DNA from: Bacteroidota bacterium
GTDB taxonomy: Bacteria; Bacteroidota; Ignavibacteria; UBA10030; BY39
Length of the DNA stretch: 64,000 bases
Direction of reading: 5' to 3'
Assembly: GCA_030682385.1 (NCBI GenBank)
Contig: JAUXOG010000043.1
Coordinates: forward strand, 34,473-98,472
The notes below the pieces were generated by a model. The model did no database searches. It was not told where the DNA came from and was given only the letters and a program-made list of their open reading frames with translations. Shown here one piece after another: positions 1-10,575 of the stretch; position 1 is the first letter of the stretch; every line of letters starts with the position of its first letter. The translations under genes and the position numbers were made by a program.

Positions 1-2
1 AA

Positions 3-1502
3 TTATTAAATAATGTAGGAGTTATAAAAATTTTCCAGACTCAGTTTGGGAAAATGGCGGTTACGCACGATGTTGTGATCAACAAAGTTGAGTACGACTC
101 GCGGAGCGTCAGTCGGAGCGATATGTTTATCGCACTTTGCGGAAAAAATTCCGACGGGCATAAATTTATACAGGATGCAATTGCCAACGGAGCAAAAGCA
201 GTAGTTCTCGAAGACGACACAGCTTTGCCAGATTCGTTTTTTATGCACACCGGCGTCGTAAAAATCGTTGTCGGAAACAGTCGTAAAGCTCTTGCACTTA
301 TTTCTGCGAATTACTGTAAACATCCGACTGATAAATTAAAAATAATCGGTGTAACCGGAACCAACGGTAAAACAACTACAACACATATCATCAAATCGTT
401 ATTTGAAGCAGAACAAAATAATAAAATCGGATTGATAGGAACGATAGAAAATAAAATTGGCGACGAGGTAATTCCTTCGCAGCTAACAACACCTGAATCT
501 TTGGAGCTGCAAAAGATGTTTTTAAAAATGGCTGAAGCCGGTTGCGATAGAGTTGCGATGGAAGTTTCCTCGCACGCCCTGCATCAAAACAGAGTGTATG
601 GGATAAATTTTGCCGCCGGTGTTTTTACAAATTTGACTCAGGATCATTTGGATTATCATGGGAGTATGGAAGAATACTTCAAAGCAAAGAAAATATTATT
701 CGACAATTTAAATGAGAATGCTTTCGCAATTACAAATTTAGATGATGAATACGGACTGAAAATCGTGGAGTCGAGTCGGGCGAAGCGAATAACATACGGT
801 ACGGATCAGCGTGCTGATGTTTCGGCAGAAAATATTGAACTGTTGCCAGCTTCCACCAAATTCAAAGTTAACTATAGCGGAGATAAATTCGATATCGAGT
901 CGCCGCTCGTCGGAAAATTTAATGTATATAATATTCTTGCAGCTATTTCAACTGCGTTAGTATTTGATATCAAGATATCTTCGATACAGCATTCGCTTGC
1001 AACTCTTCAACCAGTACGGGGAAGATTTGAAAATATCGTTTCACCAAAAGGATGGCGGGCTATCATAGATTACGCGCACACTCCCGATGCCCTTATGAAA
1101 TGCTTGCTCGCCATCCGCGATTTGATGTCGAAACAAAAAGCACCGGGCGGAAAAATAATTATTGTTTTTGGAGCGGGCGGCGATAGAGATAAAACAAAAC
1201 GACCGATTATGGGAAAAATTGCAAGCGAATTAAGCGACGTTGTAATTCTTACTTCCGACAATCCGCGGAGTGAAGACCCGTACAAAATAATTGCTGATAT
1301 CGCTGAAGGTGTTAAACATAATTTCGGATTCTTACAGGAAGTTGACAGGCGGAATGCGATTAAAAAAGCAACTGAACTCGCAACCAACGGGGATGTTATT
1401 TTAATCGCCGGCAAAGGACACGAAGATTATCAAATTATCGGAAATCAAAAAATTCATTTTAGCGACCGAGAAGTGGTAGAGCAAATTATTCGACAAATGT
1501 AA
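3..1502 (+). CDS. murE: UDP-N-acetylmuramoyl-L-alanyl-D-glutamate--2,6-diaminopimelate ligase (5' end probably outside window)
   Basis: Motifs GVTGTNGKTTT, MEVSSH, DYAHTPDA and DNPR (meso-DAP type). The frame is open from position 3, upstream of the ATG at 54. Confidence 0.97.
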   Translation, partial: LLNNVGVIKIFQTQFGKMAVTHDVVINKVEYDSRSVSRSDMFIALCGKNSDGHKFIQDAIANGAKAVVLEDDTALPDSFFMHTGVVKIVVGNSRKALALISANYCKHPTDKLKIIGVTGTNGKTTTTHIIKSLFEAEQNNKIGLIGTIENKIGDEVIPSQLTTPESLELQKMFLKMAEAGCDRVAMEVSSHALHQNRVYGINFAAGVFTNLTQDHLDYHGSMEEYFKAKKILFDNLNENAFAITNLDDEYGLKIVESSRAKRITYGTDQRADVSAENIELLPASTKFKVNYSGDKFDIESPLVGKFNVYNILAAISTALVFDIKISSIQHSLATLQPVRGRFENIVSPKGWRAIIDYAHTPDALMKCLLAIRDLMSKQKAPGGKIIIVFGAGGDRDKTKRPIMGKIASELSDVVILTSDNPRSEDPYKIIADIAEGVKHNFGFLQEVDRRNAIKKATELATNGDVILIAGKGHEDYQIIGNQKIHFSDREVVEQIIRQM

Positions 1503-1508
1503 ATTCAG

Positions 1509-2948
1509 ATGCAGCTTACTTTAAACGACATATTATCCATTAATTTTTTAGAGATTTATAACAATAACAATTTGGGTAACGAACCATTTAATGGTGTTGC
1601 TATAGATTCTCGCACTACCAAATTCGGCAATCTGTTTTTTGCATTACACGGCACTAATGTTGACGGGCATAATTTTTTAGCCGATGCAATATCAAACGGT
1701 GCAGCAGCGGTTGTTGTTGACAAGAAGTTTTTCTCGGATGTAAAAAAAATAAAATCGAATAGTAAATTCAAAAAACTGTTTGCTGTTACTATCATCGTCG
1801 TTGAAGATACAACTGTAGCTTTGGGCGAATTGGCTACCGTGTTTCGAAAGAAATTTCAAATTCCATTTCTCGCAGTCGCAGGAAGCAACGGTAAAACAAC
1901 TACGAAAGATATGATAGGTAAAGTTCTCTCGGAGAAGTACGATACATTGGTTACTGAAGGCAATTTGAACAATCATATCGGAGTTCCTTTAACACTGTTC
2001 GGTTTGAAACGCAAACATCAGACAGCAGTAATTGAAATAGGGACTAACCACTTCGGTGAGATCGAATATCTCTGTAAAATTCTGCAACCGACACACGGGC
2101 TGATCACAAATATCGGTAACGAGCATTTAGAATTTTTTAAAGATATAAATGGTGTTGCAAAGGAAGAGGGTGAACTTTTCAAGCATTTAGCTTCACGCAA
2201 TAATAAATCGGTTGCGTTCGTGAATGCCGATGACAAACGGGTCTTGAAATTAAGCAGGACTTTGGCTAATTCTATTTCTTTCGGTTCAAATAAAAATAAC
2301 CTGGATATTACCTGCACAGGTCAAACAATAAATGAAAGCGGTAAATATTCGATAGAAGTTTTTGTTAAGAAATCTAAAAAGCGATTCAGAGTAAATTTGC
2401 CAATTCCGGGCAACCACAATATACAAAATGCACTTGCGGCTTTTGCAGTAGGAATTCAATTCAAAGTACCACCTGCAAAAATTGTGAAAGCTCTCGAATC
2501 GTTCAAAACATCCGGCAAACGGATGGAAACTGTTTCAGTTAACAAAGTAAAAATTATCAACGATACTTATAATGCAAATTTAGATTCAATGTTATCGGCA
2601 ATCGAAGTTTTGAAGCAAATGAAATCGCAAGGTAAAAAAATTATTGTTCTTGGTGATATGCTCGAACTTGGCAAATCATCGAAACAACATCATACATTAA
2701 TTGGTGAAGCGATAAATAAATATTTTAAGAAGGTAACTGAAACTACACATCTTTTTACTTTTGGAAAAATATCGCAACACATAAATCGAACAGCAAAATT
2801 AAAAAATAAAAAACATTACACTGATAAAAAATCAATGACCGTAGATTTGTTAAAAATAATTTCATCCGGTGATGTAGTGCTCGTAAAAGGTTCTCGCGGA
2901 ATGCGTATGGAAGAAATTGTAAATTCATTAATCGAAAGGTTGAGGTAA
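1509..2948 (+). CDS. murF: UDP-N-acetylmuramoyl-tripeptide--D-alanyl-D-alanine ligase
   Basis: Motifs GSNGKTTTK, NLNNHIGVPLT, DTYNAN, LGDMLELG and VKGSRGM; dcw position. Confidence 0.97.
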   Translation: MQLTLNDILSINFLEIYNNNNLGNEPFNGVAIDSRTTKFGNLFFALHGTNVDGHNFLADAISNGAAAVVVDKKFFSDVKKIKSNSKFKKLFAVTIIVVEDTTVALGELATVFRKKFQIPFLAVAGSNGKTTTKDMIGKVLSEKYDTLVTEGNLNNHIGVPLTLFGLKRKHQTAVIEIGTNHFGEIEYLCKILQPTHGLITNIGNEHLEFFKDINGVAKEEGELFKHLASRNNKSVAFVNADDKRVLKLSRTLANSISFGSNKNNLDITCTGQTINESGKYSIEVFVKKSKKRFRVNLPIPGNHNIQNALAAFAVGIQFKVPPAKIVKALESFKTSGKRMETVSVNKVKIINDTYNANLDSMLSAIEVLKQMKSQGKKIIVLGDMLELGKSSKQHHTLIGEAINKYFKKVTETTHLFTFGKISQHINRTAKLKNKKHYTDKKSMTVDLLKIISSGDVVLVKGSRGMRMEEIVNSLIERLR

Positions 2949-2950
2949 TA

Positions 2951-4075
2951 TTGCTTTATTATCTTTTTGAAATATTACATCGTGAGTTTGCAATTCCTGG
3001 TTTAGGGGTTTTCAAATACATTACATTCCGTGCGGGTGCGGCTGCAGTTACTGCGCTGATTGTGGCTTTTTGGCTCGGTCCGAAAATCATAAGAATTCTA
3101 AAGGCAAAACAAATCGGTGAAGCGGCAAAATTAGATGCACCCAAAACACACTTGAAAAAAGCCGGCACACCCACGATGGGCGGTTTGATAGTTCTTGGCT
3201 CAATTCTAATTCCGATACTTTTGTGGGGCGATCTAACAAACGGCTACATCATCTTGATTGTCTTCGTAACAGCAGGTTTAGGTGCGGTCGGATTTTTAGA
3301 TGACTATCTCAAAGTTGTAAAAAAGAAACCCAAAGGACTGATTGAAGAGTATAAATTGATTGGTCAGGTTTTAATAGGTTTAATTGTTGGAAGTGTTATC
3401 TACTTTTTTCCCCAATGGATTGATGCGACGTTGGTAAAATATAATACGAGTACCACGGTTCCGTTCTTCAAACATTTAGAATTCGATTTGGGATTCTTTT
3501 ACATCCCGATGGTCGTGTTTATTATTACCGCCACAAGTAATGCGGTAAATTTAACAGACGGTTTGGACGGGCTGGCAATCGGAACAGTCGGCATAGTTGC
3601 GTTGGCTTTAGCAGTCATCAGCTATATCAGCGGCAACGCAATATGGAGTGAGTATTTAACAATTCCATTTTTAAAAGGTAATGGTGAACTGAGTATCTTT
3701 TGCGCGGCGATGGTGGGAGCCGCTCTCGGATTTCTCTGGTTCAACTCGCACCCGGCGCAGGTGTTCCTCGGTGATACAGGGTCGCTTGCGCTTGGCGGTG
3801 CAATCGGTGCGCTAACGGTTCTGATTAAAAAAGAATTTTTGCTTCCAACGCTCGGCGGAATATTCTTGATTGAAACTATGTCGGTTATTATTCAACGGCT
3901 CTATTTCAAATATACCCGGAAACGATACGGTGAAGGCAGACGCGTTTTTAAAATGGCGCCGCTGCATCACCACTTCGAAATGCTCGGATGGGAAGAACCT
4001 AAAATAGTAACACGATTTTATATCATAACAATACTGTTTGTAATTTTAAGCTTGGCTACTTTTAAAGTGAGATGA
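2951..4075 (+). CDS. mraY: Phospho-N-acetylmuramoyl-pentapeptide transferase
   Basis: Motifs KAGTPTMGG, NAVNLTDGLDGL, FLGDTGS and APLHHHFE; TTG start. Confidence 0.98.
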   Translation: MLYYLFEILHREFAIPGLGVFKYITFRAGAAAVTALIVAFWLGPKIIRILKAKQIGEAAKLDAPKTHLKKAGTPTMGGLIVLGSILIPILLWGDLTNGYIILIVFVTAGLGAVGFLDDYLKVVKKKPKGLIEEYKLIGQVLIGLIVGSVIYFFPQWIDATLVKYNTSTTVPFFKHLEFDLGFFYIPMVVFIITATSNAVNLTDGLDGLAIGTVGIVALALAVISYISGNAIWSEYLTIPFLKGNGELSIFCAAMVGAALGFLWFNSHPAQVFLGDTGSLALGGAIGALTVLIKKEFLLPTLGGIFLIETMSVIIQRLYFKYTRKRYGEGRRVFKMAPLHHHFEMLGWEEPKIVTRFYIITILFVILSLATFKVR

Positions 4076-5436
4076 AAGATTTTGACAACATAAAGGTTAC
4101 TGTAATCGGTGCTGCTCGCAGCGGTATTGCTGCTGCTCAGTTATTCAAATCGCACGGCGCCTCTGTTTTTGTGAGCGAACAAAACAGTAGCGCTCAAGTT
4201 AAAAACGCACTTGAATCATTACAGCCGTCCGGTATCGGCATCGAGTATGGCGGGCACACAGACCGTGTGTTCGACTGTGCGTTTATGATTATTAGTCCGG
4301 GTGTTCCGTCGAATTCGCCAGTTGTCATCGAAGCACAACGGCGACGAATCAAAGTAGTAAGCGAAATCGAAGCAGCTTCTTGGTTCTGCCCGGCTCCGAT
4401 TGTTGCTGTTACCGGCTCGAACGGCAAAACTACTACAACCACGTTGATTGGTGAAATATTCAGAGAAGCTAAACTCGATAATGTTGTTGCCGGAAATATC
4501 GGAACAGCGTTTTCAGGTGTTGTAAATACTTTAACATTAAATTCAACAGCTATTTTAGAAGTCAGCAGTTTTCAACTCGACCATATCGAAATGTTTCATC
4601 CGAAAGTATCGGTACTGCTGAACATTACTCCCGATCATTTGGATCGTTATGAAAATTCGATGGAAAAATATTCAGCATCGAAAGCAAGAATATTTATGAA
4701 CCAATCAAACGATGATGTTATGATTTACAATATCGATGATGAAATCGTAAGGAAAATAGTTAAGTCGGCAAAATGTAAATTGTTGCCTTTCAGCATCAAT
4801 CAAAAGTTGAATGAAGGCGGCTACATTGTAACAACTGAAAGCGGCAAACAAAAGTTAGTTATTAAAATTAATGATGAAGAAATACCTTTAGTCGAAATCG
4901 GAGAAATGTGTATAAAAGGTTTGCATAATATTTATAACTCGTTAGCGGCTGCGTTAGCTTCGATAGTTATGGGTATCCGGGCAGATAAAATTTCACATTC
5001 TATAAAACAATTTAAGGGTGTTGAGCACCGATTAGAATTTGTGCGCGAGTTAAATGGTGTAAAGTATATCAACGACTCGAAGGCTACCAATGTGGATTCT
5101 GTATGGTATGCGCTCGATGCTATAAACGAGCCGATTATTCTGTTGCTTGGTGGGCGCGATAAAGGAAACGATTACAGTAAACTCACTGAACTGTTAAAGA
5201 AAAAAGTAAAAGCAATTGTTGCAATTGGTGAATCGGCTGAGAAAGTGTATAACGAATTATCAGGTTTCAAAACAGTACAAATTGTAACTTCGATGGATGA
5301 AGCAGTGAACGCAGCGGCGAAGTTTGCCGTCGCCGGCGAGGTTGTTCTCCTTTCACCGGCTTGTGCCTCTTTCGATTGGTTCGATAATTATGAACATCGC
5401 GGTAAAGTGTTTAAAGAGTTAGTAAATAAACTATGA
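4072..5436 (+). CDS. murD: UDP-N-acetylmuramoyl-L-alanine--D-glutamate ligase
   Basis: Motifs SPGVP, TGSNGKTTT, EVSSFQL, NDSKATN and LSPACASFD. Confidence 0.98.
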   Translation: MKDFDNIKVTVIGAARSGIAAAQLFKSHGASVFVSEQNSSAQVKNALESLQPSGIGIEYGGHTDRVFDCAFMIISPGVPSNSPVVIEAQRRRIKVVSEIEAASWFCPAPIVAVTGSNGKTTTTTLIGEIFREAKLDNVVAGNIGTAFSGVVNTLTLNSTAILEVSSFQLDHIEMFHPKVSVLLNITPDHLDRYENSMEKYSASKARIFMNQSNDDVMIYNIDDEIVRKIVKSAKCKLLPFSINQKLNEGGYIVTTESGKQKLVIKINDEEIPLVEIGEMCIKGLHNIYNSLAAALASIVMGIRADKISHSIKQFKGVEHRLEFVRELNGVKYINDSKATNVDSVWYALDAINEPIILLLGGRDKGNDYSKLTELLKKKVKAIVAIGESAEKVYNELSGFKTVQIVTSMDEAVNAAAKFAVAGEVVLLSPACASFDWFDNYEHRGKVFKELVNKL

Positions 5437-6650
5437 AGAGTTCGAAAAAATATAACTATGCCGACCTTCCAACGCTACTGTGTGTGTTGGTATTATTAGC
5501 TTTCGGAGTTCTTGTGGTTTACACCGCTTCGTCAACGTGGGCTGCCAAAAAATTTGAGGATAGCGAACATCTGCTGAACGAACATGTTTGGAAAGTTCTC
5601 ATAGCGGTAGGATGTATTTTTTTGGGAATGAATGTAGATTATAAAAAATATCAAAAATATACAAAGCCGGCAATGTTTGTTGCGATAGGGCTGTTGTTAG
5701 CGTTGTTGATTTTAAAAAATGAAGTGAAGGGAACATACCGTTTTCTCGATTTTGGTTTTCTAACTTTCCAGCCTTCTGAGATTGCAAAATTTGCACTTGT
5801 TCTGCATTTATCGGCTTTGATTGCAGCAAAGGAGGAGGCAATTCTAAAATTCAAAAACGGATTTGCGACTCTCTTGTTTTGGATAGTTTTAATCGCATTG
5901 CTCGTAATGTTGCAGCCAAATTTTAGTATGGGTGCGATGATATTGCTGACCGGTTTCATAATCATGTATTTAAGCGGAGTAAGATTAAAGCATTTGGTAT
6001 TAACTATAGTTCCGATGATACCGCTTGTTATCTCGTATTTATTTTTAGCCAAATATCGTTCAAATCGAATTGGATTGTATATAGATAACCTTGAAGCTTT
6101 AATAAAAGTTGATATCGCTACTATTAAAGCAGTCATTAATGAAGCTGTTATTAAATCTACCGGTAACGCATTAGGACAATTATGGCAGGGAATTCTTGCC
6201 TTCGGAAATGGCGGACTTATCGGTGTTGGATTAGGAAACAGCCGGCAGCGCGACTTTTTTGTTCCCGAAGCGCACGGCGATTTTATTTTTTCTATCGTCG
6301 GCGAAGAATACGGCTTAATCGGAACAGTTCTTTTTATGATTTTATTTATGGTGATTTTTTTACGAGGATACAAAATTGCAAAATATACACAGGATGCTTT
6401 TGGAAAATATCTTGCCCTAAGCATTACTGTGCTGATAACATCGTACGCATTTGTTAATGCCGGTGTTACTTTGGGCATATTACCTGTAACCGGTTTGCCG
6501 ATGCCATTTGTAAGTTATGGCGGAACCTCGATTATCATTTCTGCTTATGCAATCGGAGTTTTACTGAATATCTCCAAACAAACAGATATGCATCCTAAAC
6601 AAACGCGTATCCCGGTCGTCGGAACTGTGAACGCTGAAGGACGGGTGTAA
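5433..6650 (+). CDS. ftsW: SEDS peptidoglycan polymerase FtsW
   Basis: Multi-TM protein with FQPSEIAK, DFIFSIVGEEYG and GLPMPFVSYGG; lies between murD and murG. Confidence 0.95.
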   Translation: MKSSKKYNYADLPTLLCVLVLLAFGVLVVYTASSTWAAKKFEDSEHLLNEHVWKVLIAVGCIFLGMNVDYKKYQKYTKPAMFVAIGLLLALLILKNEVKGTYRFLDFGFLTFQPSEIAKFALVLHLSALIAAKEEAILKFKNGFATLLFWIVLIALLVMLQPNFSMGAMILLTGFIIMYLSGVRLKHLVLTIVPMIPLVISYLFLAKYRSNRIGLYIDNLEALIKVDIATIKAVINEAVIKSTGNALGQLWQGILAFGNGGLIGVGLGNSRQRDFFVPEAHGDFIFSIVGEEYGLIGTVLFMILFMVIFLRGYKIAKYTQDAFGKYLALSITVLITSYAFVNAGVTLGILPVTGLPMPFVSYGGTSIIISAYAIGVLLNISKQTDMHPKQTRIPVVGTVNAEGRV

Positions 6651-6651
6651 G

Positions 6652-7770
6652 TTGAAAGTTCAAAATCAAATACGAAAATATTTATTTGCTGGCGGCGGAA
6701 CAGGCGGGCACCTTTTCCCGGCTCTGGCAATTGCAGATGAACTTAAGAAACTTGATGCCGATGCAGAATTCCTTTTTGTCGGAACAAAAAATAAAATTGA
6801 AGCTCGCGTCGTTCCGCAGCGTGGTTATCTTTTTGAAACGATTTGGATCAGCGGCTTTCAACGAAGTTTACAATTACAAAATTTATTATTTCCATTTAAA
6901 GTAATTATTTCATTGTTGCAATCTTTTAACATAATCAATCAATATAAACCATCAATCGTAATCGGCACCGGCGGTTATGTATGCGGACCGATATTATTAG
7001 CCGCTTCGTTCGCTGGATTCAAAACAGTTCTTCATGAATCGAACAGCTTCCCCGGCGCCGTTACACGCTTTTTATCGAAGAGGATGACGAAAGTTTTTAT
7101 AACATTCGATGCTACAAAAAAATGGCTGAAGCTTTCAAACAACATCGAACTTACTGGAAATCCAACTCGTAACGAATTAGAGGCGGTCTCGAAATCCGAC
7201 GGGTTGAAATATTTCGGTTTTACCGATTCTAGAAAAACTCTCCTCGTATTTGGTGGAAGTTTGGGTGCGGCATCCATCAACAATGCACTACTGAGTATGA
7301 TAAGAACTTTTCTAAATTCTAATATTCAGATAATCTGGCAGACAGGTGAGAGCGATTTCGAAAGAGTTACCTCCAGATTAAACGAACTGTCAATCAACAG
7401 CACTGATGGAATTTGGATTGGAAAGTTTATTGATAAAATGGAGTATGCTTACGCATCGGCTGATGTTATCTTGAGTCGGGCAGGTGCCACAACTTTAGCA
7501 GAAATTACGCGGCTTGGTAAAGCGGCTATATTAGTTCCGTATCCGCATGCTGCGGCTGATCATCAAACCATAAATGCAAAAACTCTTGAAGAAGCTGGCG
7601 CTGCTTTGGTGATACGGGATTCTGCTCTGATGAGCGAAGCTGAAAAATCAATTCTCGCACTGATGAATAACGATCAGTTACGAAGTGAGATGAGTAAAAA
7701 AAGTTTAGCATTAGGAAAACCTGATGCCGGAAAAATTATCGCATCTAAAATTCATAAAATGGTGAACTGA
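6652..7770 (+). CDS. murG: Undecaprenyl-PP-MurNAc-pentapeptide GlcNAc transferase
   Basis: Motifs AGGGTGGHLFP, GGSLGA, SRAGATTLAE and DHQTINA. Confidence 0.98.
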   Translation: MKVQNQIRKYLFAGGGTGGHLFPALAIADELKKLDADAEFLFVGTKNKIEARVVPQRGYLFETIWISGFQRSLQLQNLLFPFKVIISLLQSFNIINQYKPSIVIGTGGYVCGPILLAASFAGFKTVLHESNSFPGAVTRFLSKRMTKVFITFDATKKWLKLSNNIELTGNPTRNELEAVSKSDGLKYFGFTDSRKTLLVFGGSLGAASINNALLSMIRTFLNSNIQIIWQTGESDFERVTSRLNELSINSTDGIWIGKFIDKMEYAYASADVILSRAGATTLAEITRLGKAAILVPYPHAAADHQTINAKTLEEAGAALVIRDSALMSEAEKSILALMNNDQLRSEMSKKSLALGKPDAGKIIASKIHKMVN

Positions 7771-7771
7771 T

Positions 7772-8266
7772 ATGGAAAAAGCATTTAAATACAAACTCGA
7801 TTTCTACTACCAGCAAGCATTAATTTATTTAATAACTTTGATTTTATATGTCGGCTTGAAGGGTAGTTTTATAGAAGATTCTTTTTCACTCGTTTTCAAA
7901 GATCCTATTATATACATAATATTATTTTTTGTATTAGGATCGTTCATAATATTACTATTGAATGTTATCCGTAAACGCAGATTGATAATTGCTGAGGATA
8001 AAATAATTTTTTCTCACAAATTTCACCAGCATGAAGTGAACTTGTCCGATATTGAATGGATATACATCGGACGGGAAAGGTCGGTAAAAACTGCCGGCAG
8101 ATCGCAGATGATCGTGTTTAAGCTAAAAGGTCGGTTGCGCTTGTATCGCATTCGACTTGGAAGATACGAACATCAAAAAGAACTGCTTCAATTATTAAAT
8201 GAACGAGTAAAACAAATCCCGCATAAAAAACATTGGCGGGATACTATAAAACCTTATTACAGATAA
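7772..8266 (+). CDS. Hypothetical membrane protein (2 TM segments plus basic soluble domain) inside the dcw cluster
   Basis: 164 aa ORF packed 1 nt after murG and 4 nt before murC; two hydrophobic segments. Confidence 0.85.
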   Translation: MEKAFKYKLDFYYQQALIYLITLILYVGLKGSFIEDSFSLVFKDPIIYIILFFVLGSFIILLLNVIRKRRLIIAEDKIIFSHKFHQHEVNLSDIEWIYIGRERSVKTAGRSQMIVFKLKGRLRLYRIRLGRYEHQKELLQLLNERVKQIPHKKHWRDTIKPYYR

Positions 8267-8270
8267 GAAT

Positions 8271-9656
8271 ATGTTTTCATCAATTAAAAAAATTCATTTT
8301 GTGGGAATTGGCGGCATAGGAATGAGCGGTATTGCCGAAATTCTGCTCGACCAAAATTTCAAAGTCAGCGGCTCCGATAAGGCGTTGAGTGAAATTACCG
8401 AAAGGTTGGTTGAACTTGGTGCGGAAATTTTCGAAAATCACTCCGCCTCAAACATCAAAGATGATGTAGATGCACTCGTTTATTCTTCTGCGGTGCCGCC
8501 CGAGAATCCTGAAGTCGTTGAAGCAAAACGGAGAAAAATTCCAATCATCCGTCGTTCTGAAATGCTCGCGGAAGTAATGCGTCTGAAATACGGAATCGGT
8601 ATTGCGGGCACACACGGTAAAACTACTACAACCTCAATGGTAAGTTTAGTTTTATTGGAAGGCGGATTAGACCCGACTGTAATTGTGGGTGGTCGTCTTG
8701 ACGGATTCGGCGGATCGAATGCGCGGCTCGGCAAAGGTGAATTCATCGTAGTAGAAGCGGACGAATTCGACCGGTCGTTTCTCTCGATTACTCCAACAAT
8801 TGCTGTCCTCACCACACTTGAGACCGACCATCTCGATTGTTACCGCGACCTTGAGGATATAAAAAGTGCCTTCGTTCAGTTTGTAAATAAAGTTCCTTTT
8901 TATGGTTTCGTTGTTTTGTGTTTGGACGAACCGGCATTACAAGAAATTATGTCGCAATTATCCCAAAAGAAAATTATTACTTACGGTTTAAACCCGCAAG
9001 CTGATATACAAGCGGTTGATATAAAATTCGAAAAAGATAAATCTGAATTTACATTGCTGAAAGATCGGAACGAACTCGGACGAGTAGTTTTGAAAAGTCC
9101 CGGTGTTCACAATGTTCAAAATGCATTGGCAGCAATTAGTGTAGGAATTGAACTTGGAATTACTTTCGAAAAAATAAAAGCAGGCATCGAAAAATTTACA
9201 GGTGTTTACCGCCGGTGGGAAAAGAAAGGTGAAATAAACGGCATCAGTGTTTACGATGATTATGCACATCATCCCACAGAAAGCAGGGCAACACTTGCGG
9301 GCGCCAAACAAGGCTGGCGGCGACGTATTGTTTGCGTGTTTCAACCGCATCTTTACTCGCGCACGCGCGATTTCTATGAAGAATTCGGTAAATCGTTTTT
9401 GTTATCCGATGTTTTGGTTGTTACCGATGTTTATCCTGCTCGCGAAGAACCAATTCAAGGTGTTTCGGGCGAACTTATTACTAATGCAGCGAAGCAATTC
9501 GGGCATAAAGATGTTCATTATGTTCCAAATAAAACCGATGTGCCCAACTATCTGATGAAAATTGTAAAACCGGGCGATATAGTTATTACTATGGGCGCCG
9601 GCGACATCTACAAATACGGCAACGAATTTTTGAACAAATTAAAATCGGTGAATTAA
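8271..9656 (+). CDS. murC: UDP-N-acetylmuramate--L-alanine ligase
   Basis: Motifs GIGGIGMSG, GTHGKTTT, EADEFDRSF, DDYAHHPTE and FQPHLYSRT. Confidence 0.98.
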   Translation: MFSSIKKIHFVGIGGIGMSGIAEILLDQNFKVSGSDKALSEITERLVELGAEIFENHSASNIKDDVDALVYSSAVPPENPEVVEAKRRKIPIIRRSEMLAEVMRLKYGIGIAGTHGKTTTTSMVSLVLLEGGLDPTVIVGGRLDGFGGSNARLGKGEFIVVEADEFDRSFLSITPTIAVLTTLETDHLDCYRDLEDIKSAFVQFVNKVPFYGFVVLCLDEPALQEIMSQLSQKKIITYGLNPQADIQAVDIKFEKDKSEFTLLKDRNELGRVVLKSPGVHNVQNALAAISVGIELGITFEKIKAGIEKFTGVYRRWEKKGEINGISVYDDYAHHPTESRATLAGAKQGWRRRIVCVFQPHLYSRTRDFYEEFGKSFLLSDVLVVTDVYPAREEPIQGVSGELITNAAKQFGHKDVHYVPNKTDVPNYLMKIVKPGDIVITMGAGDIYKYGNEFLNKLKSVN

Positions 9657-9660
9657 TTTT

Positions 9661-10575
9661 GTGATTTCAATTGATGAAATAAAAAACTTCTTTCAAGGCA
9701 GCATTCTTGTAAACGAGCCGATGAGTAAATACACATCTATGCGCGTTGGCGGTCCGGCTGATTTACTGATTACGCCTGCCAATAAAGAAGATGCTGTGAA
9801 TTTAATTACTTATTTGCAAAAAAATATCATCGATTATATCGTAATGGGCAACGGCACGAATTTGTTAGTCAGCGATACCGGTGTGCGTAGTGTTGTAGTA
9901 AATTTTTCATCCGGACTGAATCAAATTAAAATCGAAAATAATTTAGTTAAAGCAGAAGCCGGAATTATTCTGGCGCGGTTCGTCGATTTTTGTATCCGCC
10001 ATAGCCGCAGCGGTGTCGAAAAATTAGCCGGCATACCCGGAACAATCGGCGGTGCTATACTAATGAACGCAGGTGCTTACGGCTCGCAAATATCCGATTT
10101 TATATACGAAATCGAAATTGTTAAAGACGGGCAGTTGCAAAAAATAAAAAAAGAAGATGCGAATTTCGGTTATCGCACTTCTGGTTTTGCAAACTCAGCA
10201 ATAATCGGTGCATCGTTTGATTTGCCCGAAGGAAAAATAGATGAATTGATGCGGACGAAGACTGATTACCTGCAACGCCGTAACCAGTCGCAGCCGCTGA
10301 ATTTTCCGAATTCAGGCAGCATTTTTAAAAATCCTGAAGGTAATTATGCCGCTAAATTGATTGAAGAAGCGGGTTTGAAAGGTACGCGTCTCGGTGCCGC
10401 TCAGATTTCTGAAAAGCACGGAAATTTTATTGTTAATCTTTGCGACTGTTCGGCTAACGATATTATTCAATTGATTAACATCGTACGAAAAACTGTTTAC
10501 TCAAAAAATAAAATAAAATTAATTCCTGAAATCAAACTTGTCGGTTTTAATAACGAAGTGCTCGATGAATTCTAA
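9661..10575 (+). CDS. murB: UDP-N-acetylenolpyruvoylglucosamine reductase
   Basis: Motifs GGPA, GIPGTIGGA.MNAGAYG, SGSIFKNP and SEKHGNF. Confidence 0.97.
   Translation: MISIDEIKNFFQGSILVNEPMSKYTSMRVGGPADLLITPANKEDAVNLITYLQKNIIDYIVMGNGTNLLVSDTGVRSVVVNFSSGLNQIKIENNLVKAEAGIILARFVDFCIRHSRSGVEKLAGIPGTIGGAILMNAGAYGSQISDFIYEIEIVKDGQLQKIKKEDANFGYRTSGFANSAIIGASFDLPEGKIDELMRTKTDYLQRRNQSQPLNFPNSGSIFKNPEGNYAAKLIEEAGLKGTRLGAAQISEKHGNFIVNLCDCSANDIIQLINIVRKTVYSKNKIKLIPEIKLVGFNNEVLDEF

Noticed and set aside
5651-6478. 275-aa antisense ORF over ftsW, and other shadow ORFs over housekeeping genes
   Set aside because: They lie opposite or out of frame to well-supported genes and show no recognisable motifs.
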